In this document: positions 1 to 13,300 of the stretch, piece after piece | How positions within the stretch are numbered: position 1 is the first letter of the stretch | Layout: every line of letters begins with the position of its first letter | Source of the DNA: a virus | Direction: 5' to 3' (one strand) | IMG/VR virus record: IMGVR_UViG_3300021602_000007 | Coordinates: 3,179-67,178 of that record | Length of the DNA stretch: 64,000 nt | Made by a program: the position numbers and the translations under genes | The notes under the pieces: generated by a model | Database searches by the model: none | What the model saw: only the letters and a program-made list of their open reading frames with translations | What the model was told of the DNA's origin: nothing

Positions 1-3000
1 TTCTGCTAGCTTCTTATATTGAGTAACATCCATATTATCTAAGAAGAACTGTTTATCTTTTGACTCTCTGGCATCTTTAACTTCTTCTAAATATTCATCA
101 CTAAGTTTTCTTATAAGAGATAACTTTCCATTACGTACATTACCAATTAAGTCAAATGCTTTTTTTCCTCTAGCACTAGCCTCTTTTTCTAATGGCAATA
201 ATATCTTTTCAAATCTTTTTATCTCTTTAGCAATTTTCCTAGATGTAGCACTTGTTGCAACCAAAATCATATTAGTAGCAAGCTTTACAATTTTAGCTCC
301 TAATTTTGTTCCTTCTAAAAATGTTTTAGCCATTCCTCCCACTGCAACTTCAGCTTCTACAACTGACATTTTACTTTGTTCAGTGGTAATTTTCCGTTTA
401 AGTGTCCAATGTACAACAATCTCTCCCTGGATTTCTTTTACCCTATTGAGCATACGTTGTATTTCAGCGGAGTTATGTTCTAGATTTTTTAATAATTTCT
501 GTTGTTCTGCATCAAGTCCTTCTTTAGGAAATTGAGAAAGGAATATAGTATCTAATGCTGTAAATTTTTCAGCACCTACTTGGTATCCTAGTAACTGTCT
601 TAGTTGATCATTTAATTCAGCCTCACTTAATGTTGATAAATCAATTTTGTTAATAGCATCAAAAGAAGCATTTGCATTATTTATAAATGTAGTTCCAACA
701 TTAAGCAAAGGTTTGAAATCTAGTTTTAAATGTAGAAGTCTTATAGCTTTACCTAACTCTGCAATTTGTTGAAGTTTTTCCTCTCTCCCAGCTCCAGAAA
801 CACGCTTCTTATATAATTTTTCTAACTGATGTCTTAATGCCTCAAGTAGTTTATCTACTGCTACATTACCTGTAGACTCTGCAATACTAGGTACAGGAAG
901 TAAATATAAATTTGTTTCTTGTAATACATCTAATTTACCTATCTCTACAGAAGTGGCAACCAAATCACTCTTCCTATCTCCAGGTACAGAATACTCATAG
1001 TTAGTTATAAATGGAACCATTCTAGCTTTTCTTAATTGCTCTGGTTTTAATCCATAATTATACAGCATCTTTGTGTACTCTCCCATTTGAGGTTTCCACT
1101 CTATTTGCTTATACCAAGGAATGTCCTCATCTTTAGTTTTATCTATACTAGTAAATTTCCAGTCTAGCACATCCACTTTAATTCCTGTTTTAGGATCTGG
1201 TTCAATTGCCATAAAGTCAATAGTGGAACCTAACATTCCTTTTACTTTTGTATTGATCACCATTCTTTCTATAAGAAAACGTGTATCTGGGTGATATGAA
1301 TTTATAAGTGCAGTGGCAAAATCCATTATTGATTTCTCTGTAATAGGATCAAAGTCAGACCTAATTTTGGTTTTTAAAGGAATAGCCCTTCTATATCCAT
1401 TTTCATCTAACAGACATTTTTTAATAAAGTCTTCTAAGAACTTATGTCCTTTAGATCCCCAAGTCTTTTTCATATCGTCAACAAGCTTCTGGGCATCAGT
1501 TCTATTGAACTTCTTCTTACCAAACTCTTTAACTTTCTGTGTTACAGATTTTGCTACTCTTCCTAAGTCAAATGTATAGTGACGATCATCTTCATTCTGA
1601 TCAAGTAACTTCATTCTATCAGAATAACTTACAACAGTGTTATAAAAATTATCCACTGCATCATTTGCCACACGTTGAAAGTATATATCCCCCTCATTAA
1701 ATATATCAGAAGTTGAAACTAGTCTCCCTTCTTGTCTATTTATTTCATTTTCATTAGGAGTGAATCTATTATAATCCCATATATCTTTATATCTAGCATA
1801 ATTTAATTTAGCTTTAAATGTATCTTTCCAGTTCGCTAATTGAATCTTTTCACCATCCTTAGAGACAAATGTAAAAGGAGTATTAATATCTCCAGCTGAA
1901 GGAGTATTATAACTAAAGAAGTCAATTACTTTTCCCCTCACTCCAGTTTCAACTTCTTTACTTTTATTTTTTTCATCTCTTTCAAGTCTGTATGTACCAA
2001 CAACTTCACCTTTATTATTTACTATATCATAGCTCTTAATAATGATTTTACCATTATAGTTAGTTGCTTCATAATTTAAAACTTTATATCCAGTAGGAGC
2101 TATTAAATAACTATCAGTAACATATCCATCACCATAGATATCCCTCACTCTTATTGCATCAGGATATGCATCTAGGAATTTCTCTTCTGTTTCTTTTCTA
2201 GTAAATGGAGATACCCAATCAATATCATGTAACGGATTCTCATCAGGTCTAAGAATAGTTCCCTGTTCAGAAAGAGCTGTAGAACCTGTTAATATAAATC
2301 CATATTTACTAAGTTTGTATACAATAGATTTACCAAAAGAGTCTTTTGATAAGGCCATTTCCATTGATACAGAAGATACTGGCTTTCCTTCTGCTCCAGG
2401 TTTAAAAGGACTTACAGTAATTAAATCTCTATTATTTGCTAAGATTCCATCTACTATTGTTGCTATATTTTTATTAATCTTATCAACAGCCTCCCTATTA
2501 GTTTTAAATGTTGCAAAGAACTCTTTTATAATATCTTTAATTTTATCTAATAAGGATTTACTAATTTGTACATTAACTCGTTCAGTTAATTCATCAGCAA
2601 TTAAATTACCAATTCTTTCAAAATATTCATCCTTATCCAAATCTTTATAATTATCTGAACTAGTATAATCACGTTTAGATAAATATTCAGAAACATTTTC
2701 TTTGGAATCATTTAAATCACTAAACTCATCTGAAATATATCCATTAACTTCAACTATGTTTCCTTTAGTTTCATATGGAGTGATGTATCTAGCTACATAT
2801 TCTTCATCGGTGATATTATATGGATTAGTAGTTCTTCTAGAAATACCTTCTATTATACTCTCTTTGTTTGATTCTCCAGGAATATAATATTTTGAATAAT
2901 TAAATCCTAACTGTTGTAATTTAGGGGAGCTAATAGGACTTAATATAATATGTGTTTCTTTTACTTCTTTAATTAATTTTACTAATTCTTCTGCAACTTT

Positions 3001-4395
3001 CTCATCCTTTCCAACTAATAGGGATGCATCATTTGTATCAAGTACTTTACCAGTGATGTTCTTAACTGCTTTTGCAATAAGATCATCCATGTCAACAAAC
3101 TTATTAGGATTTATTTTTGAAAGTTCTGTCTTACCTAATCCAGGAGCAACATAATAAATTGCACTAGTTTCAGTTTTTAATGCCTTATCTTCTTTTGCAT
3201 ATTGTACCACTGCATTTTTTATAAGTGCATTATATTGCATCATATATGCAATAAACTTTCCAGCAATAGGTGGGAGATTTTTCTTATCTTTTGTGTAGGC
3301 AATCTTTGATAATAAATCTGCAAACCCTACTTCATCTATTCCTAACTTATCTTTTATCTCATTAATATCTTTAACTTGTATACCAAAGTTACTTAGATAT
3401 TTTTCTAAGATTTTAGAAGCATCACTACTTGATTCATATGCAAATTTTAAATATGTCTTATCATCTATTCTTTCGTATTTAGCTCCTACATTACCTTCAA
3501 TAACTTGCTTAGCAACTTTATTAAATGATTCAAGAAGATCAACATCTGATTTTCTATACACACTTCTTATATAATCAAGAATAGTATCCCACCAGCTTTT
3601 AACTTGTTCACGAGTAGCTTCTTGCATTAGTTCAGGAAATTCTGTACTTCCTTCAGACTGATTAATTATGAGCTCTGAGATTAGCTTATCTACAGCTTCT
3701 TTTTTAATCTTACGAATATCTGGTTTACCATTAGCTAGTTGATAGTTCTTATCATTCTTATATGCTTCTAATGTTATACCATAGATTTTAAACTTCTCTA
3801 TTTTACTTATAAGATCTGTGATAAGCTTTGGATTTGTTTGCTCTAGAATAGCTGTAGCAATGTGTACCATCTCCTCTGTAAGTGCAGCATCTTCCATATT
3901 ATTTGCCACTGCTATAACTCCTTTAACAAGATCTGCAACACCATTAATACCTTTAGTATTAAGTTTTGTTTTCTTAGCATAATCTACAAGAGCCTGGATA
4001 CTAATACCCATTTTTTCAGCAGCCTTTTTTACTTTCTCAAGGGTTTCAGCAGAAGCTTTTGATGCTGCCATTTCCTCTTTTTGAAACAAGTAATCATCTT
4101 CAAAATCTTCTTCCATGCGATCAGCATCTTCTTGCTGTACAGCAGCTGCTTCTATCCTTTCAAGATTAGTAAAATGTGCATGATATTTATCAACTAATTC
4201 AGAAGGAACATCAACTCTCACTGTATTGACATAATCATTCTCTCCTTCATGGACAGACACTACATCAAAATTATAAGACTTATTAATATTCTTAGCCTCT
4301 TGTTGAGCAAATTTCCAATTAGCAGTTTTTAAAATCTCAGCTTTTTTACCAATCTCTTTTTCAAGATTATGTCTTATTTCAATCTTACATGCCAT
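1..4395 (-). CDS. giant polyvalent virion (ejected) protein, 3'-truncated at window edge (>1465 aa)
   Basis: Absent from the ORF track because it has no stop in the window. ATG at 4395 (MACKIEIRHNLEKEIG...), just after the vRNAP stop; frame open at all positions checked down to base 1. Motifs: EEMVH (zincin-like), VAPGLGKT (P-loop), GS..HDID..RYKD (nucleotidyltransferase), IDF..VLDWK..QMGEY (PD-(D/E)XK). Confidence 0.88.
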   Translation of the reverse strand, partial: MACKIEIRHNLEKEIGKKAEILKTANWKFAQQEAKNINKSYNFDVVSVHEGENDYVNTVRVDVPSELVDKYHAHFTNLERIEAAAVQQEDADRMEEDFEDDYLFQKEEMAASKASAETLEKVKKAAEKMGISIQALVDYAKKTKLNTKGINGVADLVKGVIAVANNMEDAALTEEMVHIATAILEQTNPKLITDLISKIEKFKIYGITLEAYKNDKNYQLANGKPDIRKIKKEAVDKLISELIINQSEGSTEFPELMQEATREQVKSWWDTILDYIRSVYRKSDVDLLESFNKVAKQVIEGNVGAKYERIDDKTYLKFAYESSSDASKILEKYLSNFGIQVKDINEIKDKLGIDEVGFADLLSKIAYTKDKKNLPPIAGKFIAYMMQYNALIKNAVVQYAKEDKALKTETSAIYYVAPGLGKTELSKINPNKFVDMDDLIAKAVKNITGKVLDTNDASLLVGKDEKVAEELVKLIKEVKETHIILSPISSPKLQQLGFNYSKYYIPGESNKESIIEGISRRTTNPYNITDEEYVARYITPYETKGNIVEVNGYISDEFSDLNDSKENVSEYLSKRDYTSSDNYKDLDKDEYFERIGNLIADELTERVNVQISKSLLDKIKDIIKEFFATFKTNREAVDKINKNIATIVDGILANNRDLITVSPFKPGAEGKPVSSVSMEMALSKDSFGKSIVYKLSKYGFILTGSTALSEQGTILRPDENPLHDIDWVSPFTRKETEEKFLDAYPDAIRVRDIYGDGYVTDSYLIAPTGYKVLNYEATNYNGKIIIKSYDIVNNKGEVVGTYRLERDEKNKSKEVETGVRGKVIDFFSYNTPSAGDINTPFTFVSKDGEKIQLANWKDTFKAKLNYARYKDIWDYNRFTPNENEINRQEGRLVSTSDIFNEGDIYFQRVANDAVDNFYNTVVSYSDRMKLLDQNEDDRHYTFDLGRVAKSVTQKVKEFGKKKFNRTDAQKLVDDMKKTWGSKGHKFLEDFIKKCLLDENGYRRAIPLKTKIRSDFDPITEKSIMDFATALINSYHPDTRFLIERMVINTKVKGMLGSTIDFMAIEPDPKTGIKVDVLDWKFTSIDKTKDEDIPWYKQIEWKPQMGEYTKMLYNYGLKPEQLRKARMVPFITNYEYSVPGDRKSDLVATSVEIGKLDVLQETNLYLLPVPSIAESTGNVAVDKLLEALRHQLEKLYKKRVSGAGREEKLQQIAELGKAIRLLHLKLDFKPLLNVGTTFINNANASFDAINKIDLSTLSEAELNDQLRQLLGYQVGAEKFTALDTIFLSQFPKEGLDAEQQKLLKNLEHNSAEIQRMLNRVKEIQGEIVVHWTLKRKITTEQSKMSVVEAEVAVGGMAKTFLEGTKLGAKIVKLATNMILVATSATSRKIAKEIKRFEKILLPLEKEASARGKKAFDLIGNVRNGKLSLIRKLSDEYLEEVKDARESKDKQFFLDNMDVTQYKKLAE

Positions 4396-4398
4396 ATA

Positions 4399-7300
4399 TT
4401 ATCCTCCACAGTTTTCATTAGGTCTTTTTGTTTCGGGAAATCCTTTAGGAGCGTTTCTAGATTCTGTTCCAAGAGTTTCTCCTGTAGTTTGTGAGTAGTC
4501 TTCTAGCAATTCACCCTTTGTTATAAAATAATCATCTGATGCATACTTCTCATTTTTATCTACTTGTTCAACACCAACAACTTCTAAAATATCAGCATCT
4601 TCTACTTCTTTAACTTTATCATAATCATTATCAAGAACAGAAGCTTGAATTTTATCATAGAACTCATTTGCTCTATAAGAATCTCCCCAAGCATTAATAG
4701 CTTTATATAAATATTTTTTATATATTTTTACTTCTCCTGTTGTCTTATCTTCAGATTCAGAATATTCTATGAAAGGTTTTCTAATTCCTTTAGCATCAAA
4801 GTAATACACCTTCTTCATTAACACCTTATGTACATGAGACTTATCTCCAATTTTTCTTCTTTGGATACGTGTAGCATTACCTATAGAAGATTCCCATTGA
4901 TATGTCATGAAGTCAGATTTTCCTTCTTGAGAATAAACACTAATATTTACCACCTTAGGAATAGTTCCTTTATCTTGTGCAGATTTTAATCTTTCATCAA
5001 GAAATGCTATGTCTGGATTATAATAAGGATCACCCCATGAGCGTTTACTTTCAAGAAGTTTTGCTCTTTTGAATGCTACAACATTTGAATCATTTGCATT
5101 AGTTCTTTCAAATACATTTAGGTTGTAAAAGTCATCTAAGTTAGGTATATTTTCTAATACAGACAACACATCATTGTATTCTTCTCTAAAATCTTCATAA
5201 GGAAGAAGTGTAGTGAATGCAATAGGGGAGTTAGTTAATCCTGATTGAATCATTGAAAGACTAACTAATTTTCTATAGAGATCTTTATTCTCACTAATCA
5301 GTACTTGTTTTAATTCTTCAAAGCCACTGATTATTAAATTCTGATCATAGATTTTGTTATCTCTTCCTGTTAATTCTAAGTTATTAACCTTTCCTTTTTT
5401 GTATCCTGGATATGCATATTGTTCTATAGAATTAAGAATGATGTTATGGTATAATTCATGCTCTGGTTTTCCAGGTATACCCTTAGTTTCATTACCTAAT
5501 ATGCTATCTCTATATGCAATAATTTGTTCAGCTGCACTTTTTTCATCTTCATTTCCTAGTAATATACTTGCTATTTTAGAGTTTAACCCTTCTGGTTTAG
5601 TTTGTACAGCCCAATCAAAGAGTGTATTAACTGCCTTCTGAGCAAGTTTTACAAATTCTCTATCATTAAGATCTACGTAAGGTGTTATAACTTGTTCCAT
5701 TACATTCCTTACATTCGGTTTATCTGATAGTAGTATCTCTGCAAAAGCATCTCTGAAATCATATATGAAATCTTTAAGCTTTCCAATGTATGACTTTTCT
5801 AATAGATTATCTACAGATGATATAATAGTATTTTGTGCTCTCTCAAGTTGTAATCTTTTCTTAGTTATTAAATATGGATCATTGATAGTTGCTGTATCAA
5901 AGTTAGATCCTTGTGTTACTAAGAATAATTGTTCAGCCATCTTAGCATATTTCAAGAACTCTTTCAACATATACTGTTGTTGAGATTTTTGAAGATCTGT
6001 TAATTTATCACCTTCTTCTAAATCAGTATTTGATTTATTATACTTTAACATTTTAAATAAATCACCATCAGAAGGAATTGAACTTACTGACACCTTACTC
6101 TTTGGTTTATATGATTCCAATGTATCATTAATCATATCCTCAATAAATAACCAAGAGTATCCTCTGTTTTCTACTGATTTTAAATAATCATTAATGATAG
6201 GTTGATTCATGAAATATCCAATGGTCTTAATTGGTACACCAATCTTAGTTAAGAACAACCAAGTGGATGCAACATTAGGAGCAGCACCAATATCCATAAC
6301 CCAGGCACCTGCAGCAATATCAACATACCCATCAATAAACATTCCTATGATATCTGATATATATTCTCCAGCAGCATTTTTAATCATAGAAAGACTTGGC
6401 ATAATCTTTCCACCGATCTTCACTTTATTATATTCCTTGAAGTTAACATTAGGATCATTAGCAAATGTTATTGCTTTAGAATCACCTCCCAATATAGTTC
6501 TATCAACAGGATCTATACTATTACTCCGTGACTTATCAGTGTTAACATATGTAAGACTACGTTGATTATTAGCATGATTAGTTTGTGCTGTAGCAGCAAT
6601 ACCAATTGCATACTTACCACTTACAAATGCATATCTTAACTTAGACATGAATGTTCTGCTCATCATATTACCTACAGAAGAATAATCTACTTCAGGTATT
6701 CCCATCTCATCATTGATATCAATAGAGAGTTGTTTTAATGACTCAGCAGAGTTAGGTTTAATTAAACTCTTAAAGTTTAATGGATGAGATATAAGGTTTT
6801 GTAATGACTGAATATATGCATTCTCTAAAGCCTTTATACTATTCTGTTGATACTCACTTTGAGTAGAAAACTTTTCTATTGGCATTAGATCTAGTACCCT
6901 TGCAAGCTCAGTGATATATTCACTATCATAAAAGGCAGTTTCTTCACCTTTCATTTTAGAGAGTATAGGCTCTTTCATTATACTAGTAAGTTTAGCCACT
7001 CCTTCAATTGCTCCAGATTTACTCTTTCTGAATTTAACTAATGCTTCTTTCTTTGCATTATTTATATACTCTTCATTAGCTCCTAGTATTCTAAGCTCTT
7101 GTTTATAATTAGAAATTAAATCACCAAGAACAACATTTGTTTCATCACCAAACTCATTATCATCTAGCATATCTTCTGCCATAGCTAAATATTTTCTGAT
7201 CTCTTCAGTACCTTGAATATTATTTTTAGCCATGTAATCTCTTAGCATAAAGAATTCAGATTGTGGAGAATCTCCAAGTTTTCTAAATATCTTCTTTCCT

Positions 7301-10300
7301 AATTTAAATAATTTAGCTATCTCATCATCTTGTTCAGTGAATTCATTTTTAATATCATCATAGTCTTCTAATAATTCACTATATGCAATACCTTTTATAT
7401 CTGCAATAGTAGCTTTGTATTCTCTAGTAAGCCTATCAAACTCTGGCTTAAACTTATCTCTTATAGCAAGAATTTTATCCTTAGATAAAAACTTAACATA
7501 CTTTCTACTATCTTTAGTACTATTGCCTAATACCCACTCAGCATATCTTTCTTGTAGTGTTGAATTCTCTTTAGTAAGATATTTAATCACTGTAGGATAA
7601 CCATTCGCACCAGTTTTTAGATTCTTTAAGTATATAGAAAGTTTATCAATGTCAAAGTCACTTCCCACTTTATTTACAATAGCAGAAGGAACAACAACAG
7701 AATCACCAAAGTCTTCAGGAAGGAACTTAGCTATCTTGAATACATCAATTGAGTTCTGTTTCTGTGTAGGAATACGATATGCTACACCAAATAATGCAGC
7801 CATTTCTGCTTTACCTTCTTCTGTTTCATTGAAGTAACGAATAAGTTCTTCATCAGTTTTATCTGACTTAAACCAACGTCCAACCATTATTTCACAATAA
7901 CGCTTACCATCTTCATCTTCATAAAATTTAAGAATCTTAGATGAATATACTGTTTTTTTATTTCCAGTTTTCTTATCAGTAATCTCAGTAGTCTTTATTC
8001 TATTCTTAGATTCAAATAGTGCAGAGGTTATTTGCACTTTCATTCCTCCAGAAATTTTAGGAGAAGTAATATTTGTATCAGCAATAGAATATAATATATT
8101 TCTGATTTGTTGATATGAAGGAGTTGCTTCTAGTATAGTGTCCCCACTTGCAAATCCTGCAAAACTATCAATGATATTGTTATTAATTTCTCTCTTTTCA
8201 ATCTCTTCTCCTAGAGTAGTAATTAATTTTTCTCTATCTATTATTCTAAATTCTTTTCTATTATTTTTGTTTATAGTTTCCTTAATACCAAGTTTTCTAA
8301 GAAGAGTGTAATACCCTTGCTCAAGTTTAGCTTCTAGTAACTTTTGATTATTTTGAATTTCTTTATATAGAGGAGATGCTTCTTCCCTTTTTGCATCCGT
8401 ATCTAAAGCAATCCATTCTATGAGTCTTTCATCAAAGTCAGTAATGATGTTACCTTCTGCATCTTTCACTTCAAAATCAATAGGCATACCTCCTTCTAAG
8501 AAGTCCATAGTTACTAGTTTAGTAACTTGTGAACCCTGTGTAACTTTTGGTGAGTCTTTAGAAGGTACATCTGCTTGTAGAGCAATAATAGAGAATGGTA
8601 TTTTTGAAACTCCTTGTGGTAAATCAGAATTATTTTTTTCTTCTTCTGTTTCAAATGGATCAGTATTAAATATACCATCTTTATATAATTCAAACACTGC
8701 TTCTGTTCCCACTTTACTACCTGATTCAAATACAGCATAGTCAACATCCTCTGCTTGCATTTTATTATACAACTTAATTGCATTTGAATTAGGGTCCATT
8801 TCATGAAGAATTCTAAATGAATATGGCACCAATGCAAGTTTATGTAACACTACATCATTATAGTTTCTGCCATTCACTTTACTTCCTCTTATAATAGGTT
8901 TCCTAGGAGTGTATGTACTTCTTACATTAGGATTATTTCCTATATATCTCACTCTACCATCTTCATCTTCAACTCGTTTAATATCAAATGCTATTTCCTC
9001 ATCATTAAGAACTAGTCCTTTTTCTTGTTTTTCTTCATCTGATAGACCTTCACCCTTAACAACTTTTTCATATGCTACATCATATCTAACTTGTTTATCG
9101 TTAGAATCATTCCAGTTTCCTGTACGTATACCAAATATACGATTAGCTTTGAGTGTAATTATACCTGCACCATCTGTTTCTTTCCAAGCATTATTATATC
9201 CATCAAGATCATTTGTGCTAAGTACATCACCAACACTAATAGATCTATAATAGTTTCTATCCATATCTGTCCATCCTATGTCCCCCTCTGAATAGCCTCT
9301 ATTGTAAGCTTTATCATAAGCTTCATTAACTGATCCAGTTATAAGAGCTTGTCCTGGAGAGGTAAAGTTTCTAACACGCTTTAACTCATCAGCATATTGA
9401 TAAGGATCTGAATATAGTAATTTATGATATTCAATATTTGCAATCATGTAATTAACAGTTATCAACTTGAGTTGTTCTCTTAATGTTGCTTCAGTTAACT
9501 TCATACCTTCAGCAAATAATAAATCTTTAGCAACTAATCCTGTTTCATCGTAGTATACAATACCAAATGTTCTAAGTAATCTATCTGTGTTTGTTGCTTC
9601 TTTATTAATGAAGATTCTTACAGCATTATCAATTTGTGTTTTGAATTCTTTATATAGTTCTTCTGAAGTTGCTTCTTCTCCATTGTCCTTTTTAAAATTC
9701 ATTATATCATTATGTAACTTATTTATTTCATTATCTTTCTTTTTGGTATCATCAGCAAAGATTGCTTTAAAGAAACGAAGATCTTTAGCTTTCTTTCCTT
9801 TTACTACTGTACGTCCATCTCTAGCAAGCCCCACTTCAGACATGAAATAGTTCTTGAATATATTAATAAATGAGTTGTTTCTAAATGTAGCAGCTGTTAC
9901 AAATGGAGAACCATCATTATGCATTCTACTTGCATGTTCAATAGTTGCATCTCCAGGAACAAGATTTAAATAAATACCCACTGCATTAAGATTAAGCTCC
10001 TGTATAATCCTTTGTACCAATGATTGTTTTGCAGATGCTTTTTTCTTTCCAGTGGCTTCGTTGATTGTTCCATCAACAAAGATAGGATGCAATAGATTTT
10101 CACTATCTTCAATACGATTTCCTGTTGCATCATCATGACCAATATCAAACATGCTCTGTAGCACTACACTACCTTGACTAAACTTATCTGTAAGAAGATA
10201 TGCATAAGGTGTTTCTTCCAGCTCTTTAATATTTTTTAGTTTTGAAAGAACTGTATATAGATTACTTATTGCATTTGTACCAACAAATGCTTGTGAGCGT

Positions 10301-13300
10301 TCACCATTAATGTTAAAATATGTACTCTCAAAATCGGTATCACTATCAACAATTGCTTTAAGTATACTAAGATTTGTAAGTTGCTTAACAATATCTAATG
10401 TTTTATTACTAAATGTTTTAATACTATTGTCTATAGGTTCTCCTGTTTCTTCATCAATAACAGCTTTATTATTTTTATACACTGGACCTTTTTCAGCAAA
10501 ACTTGTTCTAATTCCATCTACAGCTTTTCTAAATACGCCAAGTTGTTTCTTATCTAATTTTTTAAGATCATTTGAAGTGAAACTGATTCCTATATTCTTT
10601 AAGAATGTTGTATACTGCTCTAGCTTGTCACTTTCTAATGTTAGTTTTTTTAATATATCTGTAGCAGAATATTTACCTGTTTTAGAATCATAACTAAAAT
10701 ATGGAGATTCATCTTCCTTAATTGTATTTACTATACTATTGAATAATTTACGTTTAGCTTGATTAGCTGCAGAACTTAACGTAGAATTAGTAACTACAAC
10801 TTCTCCTGAAGGAAGAACAAATACAGAAATAACATCTGCATTTTGTTTTTTCATGGTCTTCCAGAATTCAGAAATTAATTCAAGATCGTAATCTTTTAAA
10901 CCAGTGAATATAGATGTTTTATTTGCATCTGTAGTTACTGACTTCTTTGTAAGACGATTATACAGAGCAGCATAATTAGGATTACCTTGTGCCATTAGTT
11001 GTAATCTATTAAACATTTCATCTATATCTACAGAGTCATGCAGTTTATTCAATAGTTGAATATACACTTGATCTGCTGGTATTAACATAACACCACCTAT
11101 AGATGACTCTTCAAAGTCTAGTCCATTACTTCCTGATTCTATTTGTGGTAATGTAGCAAACAATAATTTAATAGTACTATTTGCTTTTCTAAATGAATCT
11201 ATTTTAGTAGCATCTCCATACTCACCTTTACCTGAATTATCTTCATCTCTAAGAACTGTTTCATCATTCTCATCAAATTCAACATTATAAGACTTAAGCT
11301 TCTGTTCATGTAATGCTACAATATTATCCCATTCTAATTTAACATTGTTAAATAAATCTTTCATAAGACTTATTTTTCTTTTAGATTCTGCATCTGATAT
11401 TTTTCCAATAGCTTTTTGTTTAGCATATTGTTCACTTACATATTTAATACTATCTAAAACATTAGCTCTAAGATCATTATATAACCTACTCTTAGGAATT
11501 TTATTTATTGCAAAAACACTATCATTGTTATCCATTAATCCAGCCACTGTAGCAAATGTCATTTGCTGAATTATATCATGCACTTGGGCAGATGGTATAG
11601 TTATAATCTTAGGAGTAAGTCTAAATGTAGAATCCTCATCAGCTGTAGCATAATCTCTATCTATAACCCCTCTCTTAGCATATGATAATTTAGATTCATA
11701 TGGATTATATTCTGCATAATATCCATTGCCTATTTTACTAAATAAGTTTGCTGTGTTAGTTCTAGCATTTTTACCTGTAAAGAATGTTCTAATAAAATCA
11801 ACTAACTCAGCAAACATTCTGCTAATCAATGATTTACCATATGTAGGATTAGCCACATTCTTATTAGTAATAACAAAATCTCTAAACTCCTCTGCTAGTT
11901 CTTCTCTTATTTGATCTTCACTAGCAGTTTTATATTGAATTATTTCTCCTGTGAATCTATCTTTATAGGTTCCTTCTCTGTTTCTAAATTCATCAATGAT
12001 TGCTTGTCTTTCTTTTGGACTAGTGAACATACTCCATATAGCTTCAAACACCTCATGATATGCTGTACCCACCTCTGCATTTTCATATACATAAACACCA
12101 CCTTTATGAAGCATACCCCAAGCTTGTCTGCCATTGGTAGCCTTAATCATATTCTTTAATCTATATAAAGGAATTGTTGGAAGAACTTTTTTGAAAAACT
12201 CTTCTATCTTTTCCCAATCTTCTTTTTCAAACTTTTCAGCTGGAGTGTTAAGTTTTAATCTAAATGGTTTGAATCTTTTGCTTTGTCTATTTGTGGGAGT
12301 ATTAAAGTCTTCAGAATCTGGTTCTGTTGGAAGTTCTTCTTTCTGTTCATTTAGTTTAGCTAGTTCTTTTTCATATTTAGCATTAATTTTATCAGAATCA
12401 AAATAATCTTTATATGCTTTAATTTCATCAGAATTTTCTATTTGATCATACGTTACAGAAGTAAATTTATTTTTCATATATAAATCTTGAATTAATTTAT
12501 ATATGTTATTCATTATAACTTTTAATTCTTTAAAAGGTACTGCATGAAGTAGTAGTTCATGCATATTTCCTAATCCTTCTACAGTAGCTAGTCCAAGTTG
12601 AGTAAGACTTGTACCTTTACCTAAACCAGTTAAATAAAAATTTGCAAGTTTTAATTCCTCTTTCCATTCTTTTTCTAATTTAGCTTTCTTAGCTTCTATA
12701 TCAGAAGAAGCTTGTTTTTTAGTAGTTTTCTTTACTTCTGGCTTACTGACTTCTATGCCTTCTTCAGCTAAATCTTCATTGCTTATAAAGCTCTTAGTAC
12801 CAGTGGCTAGATTTGTTACATCAACTCCTTTAGCAGTTATCTTTATCACTTGATAATCACCACCTTGAAATCTTAAGTCATCACCTTTATTAATAAGTGA
12901 TGTGGTAACTTCTTCTCCTCCCATGAAGGATTCTGTACCAATTAGTTCCTTATTATAGTTTAGAATTGAAGGAATTGATTCTTTAAATATTGTTCCATAT
13001 ATAAACTGAAGAGCAAATTGATTATCTTTTGATTCACCACTTAGCTGTGATAAGACACTACTAAGTGCATTTAGATTTTCCTCAGTGACACCAGTAACTA
13101 AAAGAATACCTTCATCTCGTAATAATTTTATAAAGGCACTGAACTCAACACTTTGAGGATCATCAAGAATGTCTTCCTTCTGTGATTTTAATTCATCAAG
13201 TACTCTCTTTCTATCAATAGTATACTTAGCAACTCCTCCACTTTTCAATGGTCTCTCTCCTTCTACAATTCCTGTAGGAGTAGTTATTAATGGTTTAACT

